A DNA stretch of 64,000 bases. It comes from Lepidodermella squamata (lineage: Eukaryota; Animalia; Gastrotricha). Numbering within the stretch: the stretch's first letter is position 1; each line of letters starts with the position of its first letter. Where the stretch lies: the NCBI GenBank assembly GCA_047495785.1, contig JBLDXI010000014.1, positions 558,001 through 622,000 on the forward strand. The letters run 5' to 3'. The translations under genes were made by a program, and so were the position numbers. Of this stretch, positions 40,401 through 53,997 are shown in pieces. A model generated the notes under the pieces. That model worked only from the letters and a program-made list of their open reading frames with translations. It did no database searches and was not told the origin of the DNA.

Positions 40401-43297
40401 GAAGTTATTGACCTGTCCGTGTCTTCTAGCCATTTATCATCGCTGGATTTCGCTGCTGAAAAATCCGATCCCCTACAAGGCAACGAAATCGTTTTCCAAT
40501 TTCTAGCCCTGTCCAGCTTCGTGCATGCCACCACAACAGCTTTTGATCAGCCGCAATGTGTCTTTTTCACATTCCAATTTTATAATTTCCCCCCGATTCA
40601 AACGGAACGAATGTTGATGACTTGCGGCGACAAGTTAGTTGTAAGTGATCCTAACGAACGGATGTCATCTGTTTTCGTCCTTCGTGCCCTTGATAAAACA
40701 ACGGGAGCCATTGCCATTCAGCCACCTGGCTGCCAAGTGAAATTCGCAGTCGACTCATCCGTACTTAAACCCGGCGAGGAAGACGCATTTTGGCGTTACC
40801 TTGTCACTCAGTCACTCCATGTCGACATATGGGACGGCGATTCGTTGATGTTGATCGGTTCTTGCTCAATTCCGATTCGATTCTTACTGCGTCAAGGAAA
40901 AGAGGCCGTCCAAATGACATTGGAAATGGACGTATTTTCGACAGAATACGGCAGTCTTACCTCGAATATTATCGCGGATGTGACAAGGGCTGGATCGGCT
41001 CGCTACATCGATGTTGCTGCGGTTTTGAAGGGCCGTTTACATCTGCGCCTAGCAAACGTTGGCTACGTCAGCGAAATGAGGCCTATTGTCAGCAAGTCTT
41101 CGGCACTTGCAAAGGTTTACGGCGGTTCGAGCTCAGGACGGCTGGCCATCGTCGAATCTCAGAATGCTCACAGCGGTAAGGTTGAGCAGCGACTGAATTT
41201 TTTGGCCGATCAGACTAACCGCCCAGCTGGGATTCGTACACGAATCGGTCAAGGAGCTCATATGCTGGAAGCGGCTGGAAACCGAGCGTTGCTAGACTCA
41301 GCTGGAGCTTTAGCAGGCGTCAGTATGGCTAGTGATTTAATGGGAGCCGCAGCAGCCGGCGAATCTTTGGACGAAAGAGCTAGAAAATTGGAGAAATTTC
41401 GAAAAGTCCTCGGCGCTCCCGACAAATCAATCGAAGCTGCTAATCTTGTAAACGGCGCCGCTGTAATTGCGTACAAACACGCCAAAGACATGCGCGAGTT
41501 CGGCTACAAAAATTTGGAAACTTATCGCGAGAAAACGAAACATCAGTCGATCGTTAGCCTGCTATGCGAGGCGATCACAAGTCGCCATGAAATTACGACT
41601 TCTTTCGGCCGTGCAGAATATTTTGAATTCATGCTTCGGAATCCGACCAACGAGCAGCACATTGTTCGCATCGAGTCCCAGGACCCTGATCTATCAGTTG
41701 TAACGGATGTTAACGAATGGCGTCATTTTCGAAAAATTCTCAACGAACCAACAAGTGTTGTCGAGGAGAAAATGTTCAACGCCGACGCTTCTTCGCCGCA
41801 CATTCCGGAGGTGTTCATAAAACCCCGCGAAGTCATCCGAATTCCGTTCAGATATCAGACTTTCAAAGCTTACGAAGCTCCGCATGAAAACGAGGTTGAT
41901 TCGAAACAGATTGACTCGGTAATAACGCTAAATTTTGATTTTAAATAAATAATTTTGTTTCATATAACCAGAAATCAAATGCCTTAGCGGTACCAGGCAA
42001 AAAGTTGACCAAGGCCTCTACAAATCAAAGAGTCATCACCGTTCATTTCACATCAACTAGCACGAAAAATGAGCACTTGGAGGTGCAGGACGGCGGAGCT
42101 GGAGCTCAGCCATTAGCTGTGTTGGAGGTCAACGTTCAGCTGCAGCCACATTCAACTGATCAAGTTTTCCGCTTTTACGCCCCGGAGAATTCTTTCCTTC
42201 GGAAAGCAATTCGTCTACCCCCTTACGGCCTTGGTAATTCGGCAGATGGGTTGGGTGATATGAGGAGATTCACTGTTCGCTGCAGTGACTCCGCCGTTAT
42301 CGCTGAGGTAAAACTCGCTATTTTATTTAGAATCAAACTTTATTACATTTTTCAGGCGCGAAATAATGGCCCCGGCGAGCCTCAGGACATCATGTTGAGA
42401 GTAGCCGTAGGAGCCTCTCCAAGTTTTAAAAACATATTCGTTGGAATTTTTGCGGATCCATACCTGGCTGTCCCGCTCCAGATATGGGAACTTTGGGTCC
42501 ACGCTCTTCAGCGCTATGATGTCACCTGCGTTGAAGGGGAGACAACGAAATTCTCCCTTGTTTTAAGGTTTGAATTTAGTAATTGAAACTTGGATTTTGA
42601 CTTGAATTTGTTTTAGGGGTTCAAATTCTACACGACTCGTTCGATGCTTTTCATCCCACGCCTCGGAGCTTTTAGTAGAACCAGCTATTCCTTTCATGCT
42701 AGTTGCTAATACAGTACACGAACTCGCATTCACTCTCAGACCTTTGTCGGCCGGTCAGCGTTTGATGGTTGTAAACGTGGTCGATTTACAGTTGCATCAA
42801 TTGCTTCGATCTTGGTTGGTTTGTGTCTCCGTCGAACCACCGGCCTATTCAAGCTATTTCGACCTGATTTTGCCCTGCGGACCGGCTGGTCAAACCCACA
42901 ACAAAAAGCTGGCTTACAAAAACCCTTTCGGCCGAACGCAAAGCTTTTTTCTCAAGTTTGCTCATCCGAATACATTTTATTCATTTGAATACGTGTTTCG
43001 TTCGTTCTAGGACCAATCGAAGTGACTTGCTCACCTTGAGGGAAACGACAATGCCTCAAATGGCGCCGGGTGAAACCAGGGACATCGGCATGAGATTCGC
43101 ACCTTCTCAGGTTCCAGGAACTGCCGAAATGGTTACTTCATTTATTATTTTAGTATCAATCTTTGATGACGATTTTCCGCATCTAGGCTGTGTATGTGAA
43201 CGACGACTATGATCGAAATATTGAGAGCGTTTGCATTCGCCTGGCATACGTTGCCGCGGCCCCCGCCGTTCCAGCTGGCTACACGAATCAACATTAA
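37436..43297 (+). CDS. NPHP4: Nephrocystin-4 (ciliary transition zone), multi-exon
   Basis: VHNG, NEIVFQFLA, DIWDGDSLMLIG, FGRAEYFEFMLRNP, DQVFRFYAPENSFLRKAIRLPP and GEPQDI; C-terminus VYVNDDYDRNIESVCIRLAY. The 5' end is approximate. Confidence 0.88.
38049..38502 (-). CDS. Candidate small gene nested antisense in a long NPHP4 intron
   Basis: ATG at 38502. GT-AG introns 38481-38422 (60 nt) and 38340-38301 (40 nt), plus a possible 45-nt third intron, join in frame to TGA at 38049. Confidence 0.4.
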
Positions 43298-44562
43298 AAT
43301 CTTTTTTATAGAATCTGACAGCGTTCCTCGGTCACGTTTTCCGAAAAAAACTTTGCTTCCTCGACACGTTTGCGCATCAGCACTCAGCTCAAATAACTGT
43401 TGAAATATGATCTCACTTATTAATATATTATTTGTAAACCTCTGTTGGTTGCTTTTCTTCAGAGTGATTGTGCCAATTTTCGTTGATTTTGGAGTGAAAC
43501 TTCAATTGTTGAGTGTAACTTACAAATAAACAATTACCGCTTCACGAAAATGAATTTATTATTACAAGAACATGCGTTTAGTCGAATACCAAAGGCGCCT
43601 GATCGAACAAACGGCTAAGTTCATGATAGCTTCATCATTTTCGGCGCGTTCAACGCTCGATTTACACCTCGAGTATTTCGTGAGGTTCTTAGCGCCGAAG
43701 AGTAGCCTTCGCAAGCGCCCACAACTCAGCAATCAACAGACAAAAAGACATATAAAACACAACTTGAAGCGAATGTCGTTTTTCATCTATCGATGGCAAT
43801 AATGATCTAGGCAGGAGCTGAATCGCTAAAACGAAAACATAACACAACGTATATGTGTAATGTTCAATCAACTAGATAGACAGAGAAAAGGAGACAATCA
43901 AAAACTGCGAATTACACGTATAGTCGGTATAACAAAAAAACAAGAAAGATAATAAGAAAAAGTATAGAACGATTTGCTCTCCTCAACAAATCGTTGAATG
44001 AAGAAATAATGAGCAATCACAAGCAACATTGAACGATCCGTGGTTGTGATGTTATGATGTACATAAGGTATTGGATACGTTTCAGGATGAATTGAATGAC
44101 TGAGTAAATTCAAGCCTGTTTAAAAACAGTTTTGGTACGCAAGAAAGAAAAATGATCACGGCTACACGAAGGTTGCTTTTTCACGTTCAAGTTACAAAAT
44201 CAGCAAGTTAAAACAACGAAGCTTGGAGCTCGAAGAAGATAAGTGATGCTTTTCACAATCAGAAGTACGAATAAGAGAAAACGCGTACGACAGGAGTGAA
44301 ATGCAATCGGGAAGTAATGTAACAACAATATCCGAGTAATAGCGCGTATAAATAAGCTCTTTATCGGCAACGATCGAGAGGAATGAAATGTATGTTTCCT
44401 TATTCCAGCTAATGTAACAGCTACATCACTTGCTAGGTTAGAAGCGACGATTGATTGCGTAGTAGAAAAGTCATTTGGGTCGTTATTTTCATCATCATCA
44501 TCATCACCACCATTAAGAAGCAGATTCTATCATGATTGGGCTGCAAAAATATCTCGGCCAGC

Positions 44563-45611
44563 TTATTCGTCATCTTCATCGGCGTCTTTGGCCTTGCCCT
44601 TCGATTGACGGCCGCGTTTTGCGGGCGAGGCAGCGGCGACTGGGGCTGGTTCGGCTCCCCGGCTACGGCGAGTCGTGCGACCTTCCTTCACGTCACCAGC
44701 TGCATTTCCCGCAAACTTCTGAGCCTGCAAGGTAAAAATGCATGAAAAAATGAGGAGATGGTTGAAACTGAACGAACCTCTTCGAGCAATTGGTTAACCC
44801 CCGAGTTACGACCTCCACGCTTCTTCGGACTGGCGGCTGCTTTCTTTTCCTCGGCATCTTTTTTAGCAGGTGAACTTTTTTCTACCTCGGCCTCTGCCGC
44901 TGGCTCTTCTGACTTTTTCGCTTTTTTGGCGGCAGGCGATGCTTTTTCTTTGGCCGGAGATTTCTTAGCAGGAGATTTCTTCGTCGCAGCAGCAGGCGCC
45001 TCTTCTGCGGCAGAAGCCTCCTCCTTTTTCTCATCGGCCTGAGCGTCCTTGTGATCACCGTTCTTCTCACTTTCGGCTTCTTTCGCCGATTCCTCCTCCG
45101 CTTTCTTAGTCTCAGCAGTCTGTTTACGCGTTTCGCCAATCAGCGGAGCTTCAGCGCCCAACAGCGCCTGGCCAATTTTCGCGGTTTCGACCATGGTTCG
45201 GCTTTTCTGCGGTGGGCTTGAGGTAGCGACAGCATTTTTCAGTTGTTCGGTCGAGGCTCTGGTCTCCGCCAAAGTCTCTCCGGCTAATACGTGCTCTGCT
45301 TCTTTGGTAGTTTCTACAATAGTGCGATGTTGAGGTAGCGCGGGGGTGGCATCAGTTTCCATCTTGCTGTCGCCATTGCCGTTGGCGGCACCGTTATGAC
45401 TAGCATCGTGACCATCAGTTTTAGCATCCCCATTGCCGTTCTTCACAGCATCTAGGCCTTGTAACGCAATCAGATCACCCGCGCCTTCTTTTTCGAGAAA
45501 AGCGACGCCCTCCTTGAAATAAGTAAAAATATAGCAAAATTGATTAAGAGGAATTTCAAATCAAACCTTTGCTGTAGCGACCATAGTGTTATCACGGGCA
45601 AGAGCAGTCAT
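44563..45611 (-). CDS. Lys/Ala/Glu-rich low-complexity protein with T(M/I)VxTxK repeats and SPAK/SPKK motifs (3 exons)
   Basis: Spliced ORF MTALARDNTMVATAK|EGVAFL...SPAKKSPAK...SPKKRGGR...|AQKFAG...AKRGRQSKGK...DEDDE*. Confidence 0.7.
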
Positions 45612-46496
45612 GCTGACAGAGCAGAAACGGGGTTTTTCTATTAAATGACCCTAAAGTAGAAAAATAGTTCAAAATCATAAACGGTTCCATTTTGATTGGA
45701 AAAATTCTTCAACAAGACGACAAACTGTTGGTATTTTGTTGGTACAAAGCTCAACGTCATTATTTCAAAGAAAGTCCGAGAAAATTAATTCATCATTTTT
45801 AAATATCCCATTTGTTGTAGCGATATCGGTGAAAAAAACAGCGCGTTGTCATCATACTCTCTTCATAACATCATCAAGGCCACACCACGTGTCTGAATAC
45901 ACATATATAAATACGTCTAGAAGCATCTTTGTAAAAAGAACAATGCAGCGAGAAGACTCGAGAAGTGATTGTACCAAATGATAACAATAATAATTAATAA
46001 TTTGACAACATCTACATTTTTCGAGCAAAGAATTACACGAACTGCGAGAAGAAAAGCCCAAAGTTATCGTCGCTCTTCCGTAAAACACGAATTAAATTAT
46101 AATTACATATAGGCCAACTTCATATAATTTTGACATCGTATCACGCTTCTGAGTCTTCTAACAAGTAGCCAACAAGTACAACAATAAAACGCTGATCTGG
46201 GCCCAAAATCAAACTGAAGGCATTAAAATTGAAAGGTTTTCTTAGATTACATAGAGCAAAGCCTCGTAACGGGTGCAACGGTGGAAGCTCTCAATAGCAA
46301 CAACTATGGCGAACTATAACAACTAACCAAGCTGTAACTAAAATAACTCGAATTCGGTAATCTCAAAAACGAGGGAAGGCGCGAGCATCTTTTTCAAGTC
46401 ACTTGATTTTACTCCATACTCATTTTTACGATATGTGGCAAAGCTCAACTCGCAGGCAGACAGGATTAACATAAGGCGAAGCTACAAATTTTACTC

Positions 46497-48319
46497 TCAT
46501 GTTTGAACAGTTGCGTCTGTCGATGATGAGTCGTCAAAGCCGCCATTATTTGACATATCGGGCCGCTCAATTTGAGGCGAGGTGACATCTATGGAATTTG
46601 CCGAGGGCGATCTTTCGCGCTGTTGTGGATTGAAATATTGCAGTTGCTGTTGAGGCGGCTGGCGTACAGTCGACGTTTTCGGAAGTTGGTTTCCATTAGG
46701 TGACGAAGACATCATCACAAATGAAGGCGAGGGAGGTGTCGCGATAGACACAGGTGGGTTATTTACGGCGTTTTCAACGGGGGCCAGGGCCATTGTGCCG
46801 AGAGGTGTGCCGCCTGTCGCATTACTGACTTGCGGCTGTTGAATCATAGCGGGGATTTGGTGATCGGTTAACAATAAACTCTGTAAAACATCGTCGGGAA
46901 CGTTGGCTCGAAGCAGCTCGTTCTCACGCTGAACGACATCGAGCCGATTTTGAAGGTCGACAACCACGCCTTGCATAGCTTCCAGTTCGTGCCTTACGGC
47001 GGCCATGAGATACTTTTTAACAAGATCCAATGCTTGTGATACTTTTGTTTCAATAGCAGCCAGGTCGCTGCCTGGGGTCGGGTGGGCGGCACTGAAAAAG
47101 CCGGCGGAAGAAGGGGCGCCGCCTACCGAGGATGAAGCGGCACTAGTCGATTGCACCATGACAGGCGCTGTCACGCCCTGAGTTTGGCCGAAAGCTGAGA
47201 AGCCGCTGGTCGCGGCGGGGTAACCGGAGGGGTCGGTGGAGAGAGCGCGGGACAGAGCCGCCGCGGTCCGTTCCACCATTTGTTGGGTCGAAAAATTATT
47301 CTGTTGAGGCTGCTGAGGCGGCTGCGGGTACCTCTGTGCCTGCATTTGAGGTTGAAGAGCACCGTTCGTCTTAGCCTGGTTCTGCTGCTCCAATATCACT
47401 GGAAGATGACTGTTCGACGATGGCGGCGCCATTTGCACAGGCCCCGCGTTCAACTGATTAGTCATGCTGGGCGCAACCACACCGGAGGCGGGCGAGGGAT
47501 TCGGAGGGGGAGGGGAAGTGTCTCGATGGTCGTGGTAGTCGCTACACGCCCATCGACCTCTCCTAAACTCGGCTTCGACTTTTAGAATTGTCTGTAAAAA
47601 GAAAATTAAATTAACCAACAGTTTTGCGTCGCTTATAGTAAAATTACGATTTCTCGACCAGTTTCGGTCTTTATAGTTGATACTGATGGGGCGGGTACAA
47701 CCGGTACATTGGAAGGAACAACCGCACTAGCCGGAGCGACTGGTACGGTCGAAGTCGAGGGAGGGGGCTGAGCCTGGGTAGTTACGATCGTAGAGATGAT
47801 GTTCGGGGCCTGAGAGTTATCAACCGCGTTTACAGCGGAAATAGGAGGGAATTCAACGATGACTTCTTGTGGCGATGATATATGCATGGCATTGTTCTGT
47901 TGACTCATTTGATCGAGATTCGCTTGTTCTATCGAGTAGCCTTGGACAGCTTCCGACTCCGACTCGGTAGCCGGGCCCTCCTCGCCAGAAACTCCATTGC
48001 CATTAAGCTGAAAGTCCTGCTCCTGGTCGGTATCATTTGCCGTTCCTGTCAAACTGAGACTGCTGTGGTGCAGATTTCCGTTGCCAGGCGATGAAGCAGC
48101 GTCAGTTTGTAGTTCAACTGCGATTATTTCAAAAGCAGACGAGGCCATCTTGCCGGGGATTTGAACGCGGGTGGACGAAGAGACGTTCATTGAGTCTGAA
48201 CTGGAGCCGGGTTCCACCTCGGCCTCCGAGTTCACTTCGTCCTCGAGCGGCGACTGGGGCGTTCCCAGCAACATTCCTGATTTCGAGCCATTGGTGCTGC
48301 CCGCACTGGAAGATGCCAT
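46497..48319 (-). CDS. TSC22D: TSC22 domain family / bunched, long isoform (2 exons)
   Basis: Long-isoform motifs SAFEIIAV and FRRGRWACSDY, plus TSC box and leucine zipper AIETKVSQALDLVKKYLMAAVRHE...ENELLR. Confidence 0.85.
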
Positions 48320-49175
48320 ATAACATTCAGTTATAACATACTAAATGCGACGAGAAACGAATTTTAGAAAATTTATCAGCACGATGCCACGCATCATTAT
48401 TATTTACGAATTATTGGTTTGCTTTCTCGAAAACGGTCAAAGCGCTTGGAAAACAACAGATATTGCTACAACTACGTAATCCTAAAATGTAGAAAGTGGT
48501 GCAGACACTGTGCGGCTTCCAGATAAAGCTGAAAGAAACGCTCTCCATAAAAAATGATACATTATTTAAAATTAGATAAGGGTTAGAACGCAGCGGTTGA
48601 TTATCAATTAAGTCAAGATTTAAAAACAAAAGTTCACAAAAAATCGGGCAAATAGTTATCAGCAATAACAATCGATAATTAATAGAATGATAATAAATAT
48701 TGACATCGGTCGAGCTTACCGGTCGCACGAAATTGATAGAATAATTTCAACAACGTAAGAACAAACACAGCAGTGATGAAAAATGTTCCATTCTTGAAAA
48801 ATAGCGATACGAAATTTCAATAAAAACGGCGAGCAAAATTGTTCACCTGCGTTTTAACCCAGCACCAACCGTCATATGCGCGTCGCGACACGTCGGTTCA
48901 AAACAATACATATGTATTCATATAATATAAATTATGATAACAGTGTATGACCATAAAATAGGACAAAGCAGTTGCAACATTTTAGCCTCCGTTCACGCCG
49001 ACACGGTAACATTGGTACATAATTCTCATCTCCTTTTGCTCTATCGTAATTTCAAGCTACGAGTCAAATATATTCCACAGAATGAACAGCAACAAATAAT
49101 TTTCGAGCAGCAAATATGTGCGTCATACCGATGACCGATAAATTGAACAGAGAGCTTTACAAAAGAGTACGATCT

Positions 49176-50509
49176 CTACATCCAGCCCGCAGAAGCGCTC
49201 CCATTTTCAAGATGATTCGATGACATTATCGCACCGCTTTGTTCGAGCTATTCACAGAAAAATATGTTTTACAAATAACATTGCATTAAATACGACTCAC
49301 TTGTAAAGATGGAATCAAATCTTCTGGTGTCGATGGAATAACATTGCCACTCGGATAGTATCCATTTGTGGAGTTTACGCCACCAGAAACTGTGAGAGCC
49401 GACATTACTTCTTCCAATTTTTGCTCCAGATCTTTGATCTTGGCCTGCATGCGATCTCGCTCGTCTTTCAAGCGAGCAGCTATAACCATTAACTGGCGCC
49501 GTTCTTCATCCGGAATTGGCGCGGTAGCAACCTGCTGAGGTGGCTGCTGATAGACGACATTTGCATCGCCCACTGTCATATTTGGTGGGGGCATAGTCGT
49601 AGCAGGCCAGGAATCTGCGTTATTCGCAGTTGACCACCCATTGTTGGGCTGATAGCTCTGCGATGTTACTGGCAAGGAGCGAGGAGCTGGAGTAGCAAAG
49701 ACTGAGGAGTCAGGTACGACAACACTTTCCGAGGGTCCTTGCTGCCACTGGTCCTGAAGGTTAGATTGTGGCCATTGATGGCTTAGGCCAGCTGATGAGT
49801 TAGTAACTGAGATGTTTGGGGGAGGGTATTGAATTGGAGATGGTTGCTGTTGTTGCTGTTGCTGGTGAGGCCACCAGTCGGTGGCGGGCTTGGATTGCTG
49901 CTGCTTCAACGTGGCAGTGGGATATCGATGGCTGCCAGGGGCCATACGCGGATTAGCATACGGCAATGACGCTTGCCTGCCATGCTGAATATGTGCTCCA
50001 TAAGCCAACGACGTTTGTGAACCACTGGGCTGTTGGTAGAATTGGGATCGTTGTTCATACGGAGTATAGTTAGTTTGCATATTGTAAGGATCCGCCGAAG
50101 AAACCGGCAATGAATGCATTTCTTTCAGACCATCAGAGGTAACATATTCAGGTTGCTGAACAGAACTTGGTAATGTAGAAGTTCCCCATAAGTTCGCATT
50201 TGGCTGGCCTCTACTGAAAACTGATCGCGAAGGAGCGAAATTTATTGCGGGAGTAGATCGCGAATACGCATGAGATATTCCGGAGAAAGAAGCATTGGCG
50301 GGGCTTTGAGAATCAATATGATCTGGAGGCGGTTGAAAAAACGACGGTGGTAGTTTGCGATCTTTCCATGGAACTCTCGGATATCCTGAATCATCTCTAA
50401 TCGACTTTTGAGATCCATTGCTACAATTAGCAAACAAATCGTTGAATAGCTTGTCGCTATTTTCCCTAACGTGCTCGATTCGCCGAGGCGATCGAGCCAA
50501 TTCCGTCAT
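49176..50509 (-). CDS. YAP: YAP/Yorkie homologue lacking WW domains (2 exons)
   Basis: TEAD-binding HVRENSDKLFNDLF...RKLPPSFFQPP; LATS-type site HGRQAS; coiled coil; DLIPSLQ; intron 49248-49300; C-terminus AGWM*. Confidence 0.8.
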
Positions 50510-50987
50510 GGCAGCGATAACGATACGACAATTTAAACTGCCTAAAATAAGGAAAATTGTGGAATGTAATGCCTTTAATTTACTTCCCGCGTTATTTACA
50601 AGTCAATGACATCAACGAGAAAATAATTGCAGCTATCACTTATTAATATTCGCATGCTACATGCTCCACGCCACGGCTCTACAAACAATAATGATTACCG
50701 CCAGCTATTACTGCCATTCATCGAGCAAATTTTCAAATTCCACAAACCAAGTACCATGAATAATAATAAGTTATCCTGGGACATACATTACATGTCTCTG
50801 AGTTAACCATTAACAACTTCAGTCAAAGTTCAAATGAAGATATTATATAAGCATCATAAGAACAGAGATGTGCTGGTCTTTGGCATACAGGCCACCAAGG
50901 GATAGATATTATGAAGCAGCATAAAAACAAAAAGTGCTTTAACATGGAATACATTATTACTCGGCCGTAAGTTCTTCATTATCCTGT

Positions 50988-51258
<271 letters not shown>

Positions 51259-52227
51259 TCAAGAGGAATAGGTGGAATCTAACAATACATGCACAAAAGT
51301 TAGATGACAAGCAAATAAAAGTAGTAAGGTGAGAGCATTGAGCATCATTCAAGCAGACTAGTTTGAGACTATTTCAAGCATCAAGCATCAAACGTGAAGA
51401 GATGTCAACATTTCAAAGTACTAGGAGACTACGATCTATGAGCATCAGCGTAAATGCATCGAGGTGACAGCAAACGAAAAAATCATTACGGTGAGAACAA
51501 AGATCTGGCCTTTCTTCTCTATAGCATATATCAAGAGTCAAGAGGGAATCGAAATTAATTTTATCATACGCGGGATGGGAGATAAACTTGCAGCTTGCGA
51601 CTTGCTAACTAATGAATTCAAGAAAAATATTGATAGCACAAGTTTAATAGTTTGAGCTCAACAATGTAGCTCTTGCGTTCGAAAGATTGGGTTGAGTCGA
51701 GAAACCGAGCTGAAAGGCATTTGACAAGCCATTTGTACTTCAACTGCATTTAATTTTTAAAATTAATGCAATTAATCAATACGCATGTTCAGAGCAATAA
51801 TAAACAATTATTTTCGAGATAATAAATGAAAATAGTAATGCTATGCTAAAAAGGTGTTGGCTCAAATTCTCCAGACCGTCGCCGCAGTTTTTTGCATTAA
51901 AAAATAAAATCGAAATAAAATGATCAATTTCTAATGAAAAATAAACGTTATTAATAAAAAGATGTAAATTTTCAAAATTGCAAGGTCATTTGGTTTTGCC
52001 GGCTGGCGATCTCTACGGAGACGTTTAGGATTCAGCGGCCGATCTGGCGTTGAGTTGCTGACCTGTTCGAGACACTCATTGACCAGCAGTTTAGCAACTT
52101 TGAAGTGAGGAGACGCGTTTTTCTCCGCAACATTAGTTTTACAATTAGAGTACACAGCCTGACGAACGGCTCGCAGGCAAAGTTTTCAATGACTTATGTT
52201 TTTTAGGGTTTCGTGATGTTAATAAAC

Positions 52228-53867
52228 ATGAATGCTCCATACTGTTGCCATCGAAGTTGTCAAGTTCGTGGAAAAGGATTGCACAGAGTCAAACTTCCAA
52301 AGAATGAAAGCGAAGCTGCTGAATGGTTGAAATATCTTAAGTGTGTTGCTATGATTTTTGAGTGACCGTGATTCATTTTTGTTTAGAATTACAGGCGTTA
52401 CTCCAGAGAAGGCTCGGAAAAGGGGCTATCGCGCATGTGATGTACACTACCGAGGGCTCATGGATCTTTCCGGGGAAAAATCATTATCGCCACCGCATAA
52501 ATTTAGGTATGTCTTAGATAGTGGAATTAATCGGTCCCTATTTGAATACATTTTTATATAAATTTAGAGTTCTACCTCCGGATCATTCTTATACTGTTCC
52601 CACCATTGCGACTGAGCACGCCTACTTCGTTTCATCCATGGCAACTGGAATGACTCAGGAGGAAGCAACCGCATACCCTTGCGATCTTTTTGCAGCAATG
52701 GACTTGAATGCTGCTCATGATTCGGGGGAAACGCAACAAACGCACGAATTGAGTGAAGTTGTTTCTGAACCAATCGATGTTGATAACGTGGCAGCAACGG
52801 TGGTCCCTCTGGAGGAAGTTACGCAAGGTCAACTACAAAAAGAGGTCAGCCTTATTGCTGGTGCTTCTTCGACAATTTATGTAGGATATAAGCCAACTCC
52901 TGTTAATCCTGATTTGCCGCGATGGTCGTTTGCTCAACAGTGTTTCGAACGAGGAGAAAAGCATTTTCTTGAAGAAATAGGAATCGTAGATTTGCAAACT
53001 TTTGATGCGCTACATGGTCTGCTTGATGATGTTAAAGATTATTTCCCATATAAATGTTCAATTCTTCCGATTCGTGATCAATTATATCTCACTCTAGCTA
53101 AACTGAGGTTCAATCATAGAAATCACACTTTGGCTAACATGTTTGATATTTCTGAAACCGTTGCTGCGGATGTTTTTAATAGCACTATTTTGGTTCTTGA
53201 CGACCTGCTAAGCCACGCCTTCTTATTACCTCCTCCGTTGGAGCAATCGACAAATCCAAGTTTTGTGCCCAATTCCTTCAAACCTTCTCTAGAAATGACA
53301 ACTTTTATAATCGATTGTACTGATTTCTTTTGCGACGAGCCCAGAAAAGATCTAAACTTGAAACAACCAATGTATAGCGCTTATCGTGGTGGCACTACGC
53401 TCAAACTACTAGTTTCAATCGCTCCTTGTGGTACTATTAATTTTGTGTCACCTTTATTTCCGGGCAGTACTAGTGATAAGAAAGTTGTCATTCACGGCGG
53501 TCTTTTGAAGCATCTTAAAGATCCCGGTCATTTTATTTTAGCCGATAAGGGTTTCTTGATTGAGGATATCTTGCCCCGACATGTCGGATGTAACATACCT
53601 CCCTTTGCTTTTTTACCTCAATTTACTTTAGATGAAATAGAACATACCAGGCAGGTTGCGCGGAACCGCGTGCATATAGAGAGAGCGATCGGGCGAATGA
53701 AATTTTATGAAATATTACAGTATTTTCATTTGAATACTTGGCCTTATGCAACAGCGATTGTCCGCGTCGTGGCATCACTTGTGAACTTGGAAAGACCGAT
53801 TATAAATGAGATGAGTGATGCCTTCATGTCATTGTCAACAGCCCGTATTGTAGTCACGATGAAATAA
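52228..53867 (+). CDS. Transposase: THAP zinc finger + HTH + DDE_Tnp_4 (3 exons)
   Basis: THAP CCHRSC...P...W...CDVHY; DQLYLTLAKLRFN HTH region; catalytic IIDCTD, GSTSD, LADKGF and RVHIERAIGRMK. Confidence 0.9.
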
Positions 53868-53997
53868 TCTGTCTCTTAAACACTTCGTCTTTCTCAGCTG
53901 CCGACTTTATACCCGGTACAAACAGTTTGTGCATTTTTTATACTTTTATTTGTATGAAAATTGCTTTCATTTCAAAATATTATGTCTTTAAATACAT

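Noticed and set aside
44489-44513. (TCA)n tract; also a GA-rich run near 60298-60325 and short tandem duplications near 13829, 21221 and 27824
   Set aside because: Ordinary low-complexity or slippage repeats.
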